Shown: positions 55,308 to 64,000 of the stretch, piece after piece
Position numbering within the stretch: position 1 is the stretch's first letter
How the letters are laid out: each line of letters begins with the position of its first letter
NCBI GenBank assembly: GCA_040752275.1
Contig: JBFMFH010000101.1
Span: 62,813-126,812, forward strand
DNA from: Acidobacteriota bacterium
Lineage (GTDB): Bacteria > Acidobacteriota > Vicinamibacteria > Vicinamibacterales > JAKQTR01
Reading direction: 5' to 3'
DNA: 64,000 nt
The notes under the pieces: model-generated
What the model saw: the letters and a program-made list of their open reading frames with translations, nothing else
The model's database searches: none
Told to the model about the DNA's origin: nothing
Position numbers and translations under genes: made by a program

Positions 55308-55910
55308 ATGCCCAACCGTCGGTCATTCGGTGCCAAGCCGGCCGTGCTCCGGTGTTCCCGTTGTGGAAGGTTCGTCGACTGGGCGGACGCCAGGCTGCAG
55401 GTCGTGTGCGAGTGCCGCACTCACATCGAGCTGCCGCCCGTCCTCGTACGCGAAGCCACCGACGACGACCGGCACGCCACGATGGCCTTGTTCGAGCACG
55501 ATTTCGGCCGGACCCGGATCGTCGCCTTCGGCAGCCTGATGGCCCTCGATGACGCGCCGGCGCTCGTGGCCGAGATGAAAGGGGAGCTGGCGGGGGCGCT
55601 GGCCTACCGGTTGCGGGGCGACGCGGTGCAGATTGTCGCCCTCGCAACCGATCCGACGTGGCAGCGCTCGGGCGTGGGCGGGCACCTGGTCGCCGAGGCC
55701 GAGCTGCTGGCCCGGCGTCTTCAGCTATCGAGGATCGTCGTGGCAACGACCAACGACAATCTGCCGTCCCTGTATTTCTATCAGCGCCGCGGCTACTTCA
55801 TCACCGAGGTCATTGCCGGAGCGCTCACCCCCCACAATCCGGAACCTGACAACCGCGGCTTCGGTGGCATCCCCGTCCGGGACGAAGTCCGGCTCGAGAA
55901 GCGCCTCTAG
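55308..55910 (+). CDS. GNAT N-acetyltransferase with an N-terminal CxxC...CxC zinc-ribbon-like segment
   Basis: 'CSRCGRFV...VVCECRTH' followed by the acetyl-CoA motif 'QRSGVGGHLV'. Confidence 0.7.
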   Translation: MPNRRSFGAKPAVLRCSRCGRFVDWADARLQVVCECRTHIELPPVLVREATDDDRHATMALFEHDFGRTRIVAFGSLMALDDAPALVAEMKGELAGALAYRLRGDAVQIVALATDPTWQRSGVGGHLVAEAELLARRLQLSRIVVATTNDNLPSLYFYQRRGYFITEVIAGALTPHNPEPDNRGFGGIPVRDEVRLEKRL

Positions 55911-56644
55911 CCCGGTCCGAGCAGCATCGTCAGAATGCCCAAGGCCACGACGAGAACCTGGCCGACGCTGTTGCGCTCGAACGGCCCTCGGTGCAGGCTC
56001 GGGATCAAATCGGACATGGCCACGTAGAGGAAGCTCGCGGCCGCGAGAGGGAGGAAGTACGGAAGGAACCGCGGGGTCAGCGTGAACGCCAGCACGGCGA
56101 AGAGCACGCCCAGAATGGCCGAGACTCCGGAGAAGATGTTGAGCCACAGCGCCCGCCTGCGTGAGTAGCCCGCGCCGAGCAGAATGGCGAAGTCGCCCAC
56201 CTCCTGGGGAATCTCGTGTGCGGCGACGGCGACCGCCGTCGTCACGCCGAGGGGAACCGAAACGGCCGTTGCCGCGGCGATGACCGCTCCGTCGACGAAG
56301 TTGTGAAACGCGTCACCGATCAGAATGAGTGCCGCCGCCGACTTGTGCAGCTCGCACTGATCCGCATGACAGTGCCGCCAGAGGACGAGCTTCTCGAGAA
56401 GGAAGAACAAGATGATACCCGCAAGCAGTGTCCCGAAGACCGCGGGCGCCGGCAGCGACTCGAGAGACTCGGGCAATAGGTGCAGTAAAGCGACGCCGAG
56501 CAGGGCGCCGACCGCATAGCTGATCAGCCAGGGCAGCAGCTTCACACGGACGGTGTCTCTGAAGAGCAGGAGGGTCGATGCCAGGATCAGCCCGCCGATG
56601 CTGCCGACGATGGACAGTCCGATGGCTACGGGAAGGGCGGACAC
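55907..56644 (-). CDS. ZIP-family divalent metal transporter (ZupT-like)
   Basis: 'HEIPQEVGDFAILL' in a multi-TM protein with a GTG start. Confidence 0.85.
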   Translation of the reverse strand: MSALPVAIGLSIVGSIGGLILASTLLLFRDTVRVKLLPWLISYAVGALLGVALLHLLPESLESLPAPAVFGTLLAGIILFFLLEKLVLWRHCHADQCELHKSAAALILIGDAFHNFVDGAVIAAATAVSVPLGVTTAVAVAAHEIPQEVGDFAILLGAGYSRRRALWLNIFSGVSAILGVLFAVLAFTLTPRFLPYFLPLAAASFLYVAMSDLIPSLHRGPFERNSVGQVLVVALGILTMLLGPG

Positions 56645-56659
56645 GGAAGGGATCGTAGC

Positions 56660-56701
<42 letters not shown>

Positions 56702-56770
56702 GAGCTACGGCCGCCGCCCGATTCCTGACCGTCGCCAGTCGACTGCCAGCCGAGCACCGAGCTCGCGCGC

Positions 56771-57892
56771 TCAGCGCGAGACGTCCACCCTGTTGCCCGC
56801 CCGCCCCGAGCTGAGTCGAGGGGTCGCCCGCCGCCTGTCGCCTGTGTCCGCCATGTACCCTCGCCGCGCCCGGACGAGGTAGGAGGGATTGCGGACCTCG
56901 ACGCGGATGCTGTGCCAGCGGCCGTCGGGCTCGGCCGCTGCCGCGTAGGCCAAGAAGTACTGGCGGCTCAATTCGTCCGCGATGCCTGCCGTGGCCGGGT
57001 CGAGATCGCGGGGCACGCGGACGATCTCCGTCCGACCTCCGCTGTCATCGGTCATGTCACGCAGTGCGCCGATGTTCACGCGCGCGTCCTGCACGCGTCC
57101 ACCACCCGGCAGTGGCGGCTGGGGCAGCGGCGGGTTGCGGCGCCCTCCCGGGAACGGAAAGGGAATCGGGATTCTGGTTGGTGGCTGTGGCAACCGGGGC
57201 CTGGACACGCCACCGCCCGATTCGCCGGCGTCGATGCCGATGGCATAGACGAGGACCTCCGACTCGCGGATGATCTGGCGCACTTCCCCCACGGTGGCCT
57301 GGCTCTCGGTGTCGTTCCCATCCGAGATGACGAGCAGAGCCTTCTTCCGATGCTGGCCCGTCCGAGCCAGGGCGACCGACTCGACGACGGTGTCGTAGAG
57401 AGCCGTACCGCCCCGCGTGTTCGGACGACCCAGGCGCCGCCGCAGGCGATCGAGATCGGACGTCCAGCCTTCGACGAGGACCGGAAGATCGCTGAAGCGG
57501 AAGAGAAACACCTCGTCCTCGGGGCCGAGCAGGTGGCCCAGGAACCTGTCGAGGGCGGCCGCGGCGGCTTCGATCTTGTCGCCTTCCATGCTGCCGGACG
57601 AGTCGAGGGCGATGCCGAGGCTGACCGGCACGCGCTCGTTGCTGAAGTGCGAGATCTGCTGGGCGACCCCGTCTTCGAACACCGTGAAGTCTCCGGCGGT
57701 CAGTCCCGGCACGAATCGGCCGGCCCGATCGGTGACCGTGACGGTCACGTTGACCAGATCGACGCCAGTCCTGAAGCGGAATCGCTGGTCGTCCTGCGCG
57801 CCGCGCAGCGTCAGGTTGCCAGTGTCGAGCACCGTGAGTATGGCCACGACGCCGATGACCGGACGAAGCAGGTCTGGCGTCCTCGTGGTCAT
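56771..57892 (-). CDS. VWA-domain protein (acidobacterial VWFA-related type)
   Basis: 'FRTGVDLVNVTVTVTD..GRFV..L...DF.VFEDG' N-domain and the MIDAS motif 'LDSSGSM'. Confidence 0.8.
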   Translation of the reverse strand: MTTRTPDLLRPVIGVVAILTVLDTGNLTLRGAQDDQRFRFRTGVDLVNVTVTVTDRAGRFVPGLTAGDFTVFEDGVAQQISHFSNERVPVSLGIALDSSGSMEGDKIEAAAAALDRFLGHLLGPEDEVFLFRFSDLPVLVEGWTSDLDRLRRRLGRPNTRGGTALYDTVVESVALARTGQHRKKALLVISDGNDTESQATVGEVRQIIRESEVLVYAIGIDAGESGGGVSRPRLPQPPTRIPIPFPFPGGRRNPPLPQPPLPGGGRVQDARVNIGALRDMTDDSGGRTEIVRVPRDLDPATAGIADELSRQYFLAYAAAAEPDGRWHSIRVEVRNPSYLVRARRGYMADTGDRRRATPRLSSGRAGNRVDVSR

Positions 57893-57914
57893 CGCTTCCT
57901 CCTCTCTGTCACGC

Positions 57915-58724
57915 TCAGCGCGCCGCGGTGGCTGCGAGTGCCGCGGTCCTTCGTGGTGCGGGCGTCGACTCGGGGTTCGGCCGCTGATCCGGAGTCGCGG
58001 TCCGGCAATCCAGATGAGGCACCGGCGTCCCGCCCGCGTGGAACGTCAGGCGGTATCGTCCGACCGGCAGGCGGTCACTGATCGAGAACTCGAACGGCGA
58101 GTTGGCGCCCGGTGACACCACACTGGTGACAACCGGCTGCTTGAGCGTCCCCAGATAGCGGCCGGCGCCGTCGAAGAGAAACAAGACCGCCACCAGATCC
58201 CTGACTTCTCCACGGGCCATCGGGTTGCGCACCACGCCGCGGACGGCCAGTTGGCCACCAGCCCGCGCGTGCTCCAGCGAGAGGAGTTCGAGCGGTGGGG
58301 GCACCGCTTGCGCGGCATCCGCGTTCCCACCGCGAGTCGACACGGACACGACAAGAGCTCCTACGATCACCAGGCCCGTTGCGGCCAGTGCCAGACCCGC
58401 GACGAGCCGGCGGCCGTTGCCCTCGGCCATGCCGTCCGTCCTGAAGAGGTGGGCGGCCGCCAGACGGTCGTCTCCCTCGCGGCCGGAGAGCCCGGCGGTC
58501 CGTTCGATGACGAGATCAGACCACAACGCGACCGCCGGATCCCGGCGGACATCGGGAGAATCCCAGCCTTCGTCCTGCCACTCGCTGGCCGCCGCGCTCA
58601 GTGCCGCCACCCGCGCGGCCGAGCGCTTCTGCTCTAGGCGGAGCACCCGCCAGACGATGACGCCCATCGCGGCAGCGAACGTGAGTGAGATGATCGTGAC
58701 GATGACCAGGACTGTGTCGACCAT
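57915..58724 (-). CDS. hypothetical membrane protein (2 TM)
   Basis: 'VLVIVTIISLTFAAAMGVIVW' and 'LVAGLALAATGLVIVGALVV'. I chose Met35 of the ORF as the start. Confidence 0.55.
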   Translation of the reverse strand: MVDTVLVIVTIISLTFAAAMGVIVWRVLRLEQKRSAARVAALSAAASEWQDEGWDSPDVRRDPAVALWSDLVIERTAGLSGREGDDRLAAAHLFRTDGMAEGNGRRLVAGLALAATGLVIVGALVVSVSTRGGNADAAQAVPPPLELLSLEHARAGGQLAVRGVVRNPMARGEVRDLVAVLFLFDGAGRYLGTLKQPVVTSVVSPGANSPFEFSISDRLPVGRYRLTFHAGGTPVPHLDCRTATPDQRPNPESTPAPRRTAALAATAAR

Positions 58725-58744
58725 GATGCCCACCGTCGGCCGCG

Positions 58745-59806
58745 CTAGCGCAGCCTGAACTCCACCGCAACCTCGACCAGCACGTGCACCGGTGCACCTC
58801 TCACGCGGGCAGGCTCGAATCGCCACTGGCGGACCGCCTCCGCGGCCCGTTCGTCGAGGCCCGAACCGAGGCCCTCCAGCACCCGGACACCGCCGACCGA
58901 CCCGCTCCGCAAGACGAGAACCTCGAGGACCACCTCGCCCATGATTCCGCGCCGGCGAGCCAGCTCCGTGTAGGTCGGCCTCACTTCGCGAATGACGATC
59001 GGCGGCTCGACTCCGCTCCCGGGTCGATATGGTCCACCGCCGCTGCCTCCACCCGAACCGGGCCCCAAGCCCGACCCGTCGCCTTCCCCGACACCCGTCC
59101 CCGACCCCCTCCCCGTTCCACCGCCGGCGCCGGGGCCACGGCTGTCGTCCGCCGAAGAGGTCTCGGCCAACACACCGGCTCTACTTTCCGCATCGCCGGG
59201 CACCTGGACAACCGGAGCGGCGATTGGGGGTTGCACGTCCGGAGGCGGCTGAGCCTTCGGCGATTCGGGCGGCGTGACGGGCGGCTCGACTGGAGGAGCC
59301 CGCCGAACGGGCACCGGGCTGCTGAGCGCGGCCGCCCCCTGGCGCCTGGGCTTCGGGGGAAGTGCCAGGTGCCGCATACCCCCCCCGCCGCCCCCGCCAC
59401 CTGAGCCGGGCAGCGCCACGTAGACCAGCCGAACCGGCCGGAGTCTCTCCGGGTTCGTCTGGCCCAAGGTCGAATCGGCTCCAACTGCCGAAATCAGGGA
59501 GGCGCCAGCCAGCAGAAGTGCATGGACTGTGATGGAGGCCGCCAGCGGTCCACCGCGGCGTCTGGCCGCGCTGACGGGTTCCACAAACAGTCCTGGTCGA
59601 TCCCCAGTCGCGCATCGTGCCTGCGCCGTCGAACCCACCCTCCACGACCGGACGAGCTTGACGGCGTTCCGCTCCGGCACGAGGACGTCCCATCCTTCTG
59701 CACCCTCACCCAGTCGAGACCGGATGCTGCTCGCATCAGTACCGGCCGCCCGGGCGATCTCTTCCGGCGTATACCAGTCAGGGCTGCTTGCAGGGCACTT
59801 GCGCAT
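58745..59806 (-). CDS. TonB-family protein with an N-terminal HTH-like segment
   Basis: C-terminal TonB domain 'GIMGEVVLEVLVLRSGSVGGVRV...AVRQWRFEPA', a Pro/Gly-rich linker, and N-terminal 'WYTPEEIARAAGTDASSIRSRL'. The start is ambiguous (59806, 59896 or 60007). Confidence 0.7.
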   Translation of the reverse strand: MRKCPASSPDWYTPEEIARAAGTDASSIRSRLGEGAEGWDVLVPERNAVKLVRSWRVGSTAQARCATGDRPGLFVEPVSAARRRGGPLAASITVHALLLAGASLISAVGADSTLGQTNPERLRPVRLVYVALPGSGGGGGGGGMRHLALPPKPRRQGAAALSSPVPVRRAPPVEPPVTPPESPKAQPPPDVQPPIAAPVVQVPGDAESRAGVLAETSSADDSRGPGAGGGTGRGSGTGVGEGDGSGLGPGSGGGSGGGPYRPGSGVEPPIVIREVRPTYTELARRRGIMGEVVLEVLVLRSGSVGGVRVLEGLGSGLDERAAEAVRQWRFEPARVRGAPVHVLVEVAVEFRLR

Positions 59807-60022
59807 GCTGCCGGCCGAAGGCGCAAGAACCCTGCCAGAAGCGGACACTCCCGCTGCTCTCTTCTTTTCGGTCGATCCCTGCGCGAACTTGCGCATTCTG
59901 GCCCGCAGCCGCGACAATATCCGGGCCCGCGCCGCCGTTCGGTGACACCTGCAGAGGACTCTGCGGTGTCTACTCCTTTGGGCCCGCCGACTCAAGTTGG
60001 GGGGCATTGAGAGGCATGGTCC

Positions 60023-60580
60023 ATGGCATTCTCCCTGTTCCGAAAGTCACGCGGCCCGGTCGACCTGGCCGCAGACATGGTGGGCGTTCGACTTGGCGAG
60101 AGGCTGCTGCATGTCGGTGTGGGGATGCCGCGGGCCTTCGCCTTGCTCGCTGGCCGGGCAGGCCTGACCGGGCGGGCGTGTGCGGTCGTGGCCGATGCGA
60201 TCTCGGCCAAGACTCTGGAGGCCGCTGCAGCCCGCGAAGGCGTGTTTGCCGAGGTCTTCACGTGCGCGACCTCGCTCTGGCCCCTCGACAACGGCTCGTT
60301 CGACGTCGCAGTCGTCGATGCGACGTGGTTGCTCCAGTCCCGGCTCGCGTCCGCGGTGATGCCCGAGCTGTGGCGTTGCCTCCGTCCCGGCGCACGGGCC
60401 GTCGCCCTGCACCGGCGGCCGCGAGGCCTGGCCCTTCGGCTGGGCTTCGAGCGAAGGCACGACGCCAGCCGCGAGGCGCGTCTGCTCGAGGCCCGGCTCG
60501 AGAGCCAGGGCTTCTCGCCGGTCCGCCTGCTGGCCGAGCGCGAAGGCCTCACATTCGTCGAAGGCTTCCGGGCCCGGTGA
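60023..60580 (+). CDS. hypothetical protein, class-I methyltransferase-like
   Basis: 'LLHVGVG' resembles a degenerate motif I and 'FDVAVVD' is also present. The assignment is weak. Confidence 0.45.
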   Translation: MAFSLFRKSRGPVDLAADMVGVRLGERLLHVGVGMPRAFALLAGRAGLTGRACAVVADAISAKTLEAAAAREGVFAEVFTCATSLWPLDNGSFDVAVVDATWLLQSRLASAVMPELWRCLRPGARAVALHRRPRGLALRLGFERRHDASREARLLEARLESQGFSPVRLLAEREGLTFVEGFRAR

Positions 60581-60627
60581 AGTGCCGCGTGATATAGTTC
60601 TTGGCCGTGAAACAGCCACCTGAACTC

Positions 60628-61920
<1,293 letters not shown>

Positions 61921-61923
61921 CCG

Positions 61924-62421
61924 ATGAACGCCATGTTGATGCCGGCGCTCTGGGGCGGGGTGACGATCGGCCTGCTCTCGGCCCTTCCCGTCGTGGGTGC
62001 CGGGAACTGTTGCTGCTGCCTGTGGGTGGTCAGCGGCGGCGTCGTCGCGGCCTACCTCCTGCAGGCGAACACGGCCGAGCCCGTCGCGCTCGGTGATGGA
62101 GCGCTGGCAGGGCTGCTCGCGGGCCTGTTTGGCGCAGTGGTTTACGCGGTGGTGTCCGTGCCGGTCACCCTCGTGACCGGACCGTTCCAGCAGCGGCTCT
62201 TCCGGGGGCTCACGGAGCGGCTCCAGGACGTTCCCGACAGCGTGCGGCAGGCGCTCGACGGCATCGGGACGTCGGAAGCCTCCGTCTTCGGTATGGTCAC
62301 GGCCTTCGTGTTCATGCTGATCGCCGGCGCTGTCTTCGCCAGCCTGGGTGGTCTGCTCGGTGCCGTGTTCTTCAGAAAGAACCCCGAATCCCGAATCCCG
62401 AATCCCGAACCCCGGCCGTAA
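61924..62421 (+). CDS. small membrane protein with a CCCC motif; its C-terminal tail is encoded by a heptamer array
   Basis: 4 predicted TM. 'AGNCCCCLW' is at 62008-62019. It starts 3 nt after the ino1 stop. Confidence 0.6.
   Translation: MNAMLMPALWGGVTIGLLSALPVVGAGNCCCCLWVVSGGVVAAYLLQANTAEPVALGDGALAGLLAGLFGAVVYAVVSVPVTLVTGPFQQRLFRGLTERLQDVPDSVRQALDGIGTSEASVFGMVTAFVFMLIAGAVFASLGGLLGAVFFRKNPESRIPNPEPRP
62383..62414 (-). repeat. tandem heptamer array (CCCGAAT x3, CCCGAAC on the plus strand) overlapping the last codons of a CDS
   Basis: Read directly. It translates as NPESRIPNPEPRP-stop in the frame of ORF 61924..62421. Confidence 0.9.
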
Positions 62422-62456
62422 AGCCCCGTCCGTCGCCGTCCGATACCTCCGACGTT

Positions 62457-63443
62457 GTGATTGCCGCCTCTCACATCTCCAAGAAATACGGCCGCACCGT
62501 CGTCGTCGCCGACATGACCTTCGACGTGGCCGAGGGTGAGGTCCTGGGCTTCCTGGGCCCGAACGGCGCGGGGAAGACGACGACGATGCGTATGATCACC
62601 GGGTATCTGCCACCGTCGAGCGGCCGGGTGAGCATCGGCGGGTACGACATGTTCGACCACCCGATCGAGGCGAAGCGCCAGATCGGATACCTGCCGGAGA
62701 ACCCGCCGGTCTACCCGGAAATGACCGTGCGCCGCTACTTGCGGTACGTGGCCGAACTGAAGGACGTTCCCAGCAGCCGCGTCCGATCCGCCGTCGACAG
62801 GGCGATCGAGCGGACCCAGTTGCAGGAAGTCGCCGGCCGGCGCATCGCCAAGCTCTCCAAGGGCTTCAAACAGCGGGTGGGGCTCGCCCAGGCCATCGTT
62901 CACGAACCGAAGGTGCTTATCCTCGACGAACCCACGTCGAGCCTCGATCCGAAACAGCGCGCCGAGGTCCGGGACTTGATCGCGGAGCTCAAGGGCCGAC
63001 ACACCGTCATCCTCTCCACGCACATCCTCCCCGAAGTCTCGGAGGTCGCAGACCGCGTCTTCATCCTGAACAGGGGAAAGGTCGTGGCCGTCGACAGCCC
63101 CTCGCGCCTCGGGGACCGCCTCCGGGCCAGGGAAGTCGTGACCGCCGAGTTCGGGGCGGCGGCCGGCGATGGCGTCGGCCAAACACCCGGTGTCGAACAG
63201 ATCCGTGCCGCTCTCGCTGATCTCGCCGGAGTGAGCGATGTTCAGGTCGAGCCGGTCGAACCCGGGACCTACCGGGCGCGGCTCGAAGGCGATGTCGGGA
63301 GCGACCTGCGTGCCGCCACGGCCGAGCGCGTCGTCTCGCAGGGATGGAGACTCTATGGCCTGGCCGGCGAGTCGCTCTCCCTCGAGGAAATCTTCCTGGC
63401 CTTGACTCGCGACGAACCGTCCGCCGGTGAAGGAGTCTCGTAG
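62457..63443 (+). CDS. ABC transporter ATP-binding protein (ABC-2 / GldA-like)
   Basis: 'GPNGAGKTTT', 'LSKGFKQRVGLAQA', 'ILDEPTSSLD'. Confidence 0.9.
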   Translation: MIAASHISKKYGRTVVVADMTFDVAEGEVLGFLGPNGAGKTTTMRMITGYLPPSSGRVSIGGYDMFDHPIEAKRQIGYLPENPPVYPEMTVRRYLRYVAELKDVPSSRVRSAVDRAIERTQLQEVAGRRIAKLSKGFKQRVGLAQAIVHEPKVLILDEPTSSLDPKQRAEVRDLIAELKGRHTVILSTHILPEVSEVADRVFILNRGKVVAVDSPSRLGDRLRAREVVTAEFGAAAGDGVGQTPGVEQIRAALADLAGVSDVQVEPVEPGTYRARLEGDVGSDLRAATAERVVSQGWRLYGLAGESLSLEEIFLALTRDEPSAGEGVS

Positions 63444-63445
63444 CC

Positions 63446-64000
63446 ATGCGCCACGTCCTGGCCGTCGCCCGCCGCGAGCTGGAGTCCTACTTCGCCTCGC
63501 CGATTGCCTACGCGGTGATGACCATCTTCACGTTCGTCTCGGGCCTGTTCTTCTCGAGCATCCTCGTCTTCGCCATTCGGCAGGCGGCGCTGGCGGACTC
63601 CCAGCTTGAGAAACTCGGCCGTTCAGACTTCCAACTCGATGTGCCGACCTCGGTTCTGTCCCAGTTCTTCCAGAACGAGGCCTTCCTGCTGATGTTCGCG
63701 CTCCCCTTGTTGACGATGGGGCTCATGACGGACGAGCGGCGGAAGGGAACCCTCGAGTTGCTGCTGACCTCGCCCGTGCGGGCGACCGAGCTGGCGCTCG
63801 GCAAGTTCCTGGGGGCTCTCGGACTGGTGAGCGTGTTGCTGGTACCGCTCCTGCCGATGTTCTACTTCCTGGCCCAGGGCGGGGACTGGGAACCCGGCGT
63901 CGTGGCGTCCGGCCTCCTGGGCCTGCTGCTGCTGGCAGGCGCCCAGATCGGCCTCGGCCTCTTCATCTCCTCGCTCTGCGAGAACGTCCTCGTGGCGGCC
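63446..64000 (+). CDS. ABC-2 type transporter permease, N-terminal part (continues beyond the window)
   Basis: I translated this by hand from ATG 63446: MRHVLAVARRELESYFASPIAYAVMTIFTFVSGLFF...TDERRKGTLELLLTSPV. An AAGGAG sequence lies 9 nt upstream, and the frame stays open to the window end. Confidence 0.75.
   Translation, partial: MRHVLAVARRELESYFASPIAYAVMTIFTFVSGLFFSSILVFAIRQAALADSQLEKLGRSDFQLDVPTSVLSQFFQNEAFLLMFALPLLTMGLMTDERRKGTLELLLTSPVRATELALGKFLGALGLVSVLLVPLLPMFYFLAQGGDWEPGVVASGLLGLLLLAGAQIGLGLFISSLCENVLVAA

Noticed and set aside
59837-59870. A terminator-like hairpin (AGCGG-acactc-CCGCT) followed by a T-rich run on the plus strand.
   Set aside because: The stem is only 5 bp, and no plus-strand gene lies upstream for it to terminate. 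It sits in the ambiguous 5' region of the TonB-like gene.

Overview
This is a visibly high-GC, densely coding bacterial chromosomal segment (GC not computed). I call about 60 CDS. I recognised no rRNA, tRNA, CRISPR array, transposase or integrase. The gene content suggests Acidobacteriota, by inference only: a giant BNR/Asp-box secreted protein, a VWA protein of the acidobacterial type, and an EPS locus of the PEP-CTERM style.

Gene order across the window:
- serC 3' end, a MASE1-PAS hybrid histidine kinase, and a 1055-aa BNR protein.
- A minus-strand arginine/ornithine operon with no arginine deiminase: ornithine carbamoyltransferase, carbamate kinase, an ATCase-type transcarbamylase, ornithine aminotransferase, and a COG2403 / cyclic-2,3-diphosphoglycerate-synthetase-like P-loop protein.
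- menF-D-H-B-A-E plus a convergent hotdog thioesterase, with no menC.
- pcnB and polA.
- Three unknown exported proteins.
- A roughly 24-kb exopolysaccharide locus. One part holds a 2H phosphoesterase with a Cys-less AsnB-like enzyme, three CelD/FemAB-like GNAT paralogues, a deacetylase, GT2/GT4/GT-C transferases, a flippase and a Wzy/O-antigen-ligase-like protein. A divergent operon (Wza, OM barrel, chain-length determinant, split BY-kinase, priming transferase) sits behind a good sigma-54 promoter match.
- A divergent Spy/CpxP versus OmpR-RR/HK module.
- GNAT, ZIP, VWA and HTH-TonB genes.
- Inositol-1-phosphate synthase and an ABC-2 transporter.

The most unusual sequence-level signal is a dispersed family of tandem heptanucleotide arrays (GGGATTC and relatives GGGATCC, AGGAGTC, AGAAGAC). 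It occupies at least ten intergenic sites, often as inverted pairs next to stop codons. The most unusual gene-level signals are the arcA-less arginine operon and the amide-ligase/FemAB-like tailoring genes in the EPS locus.
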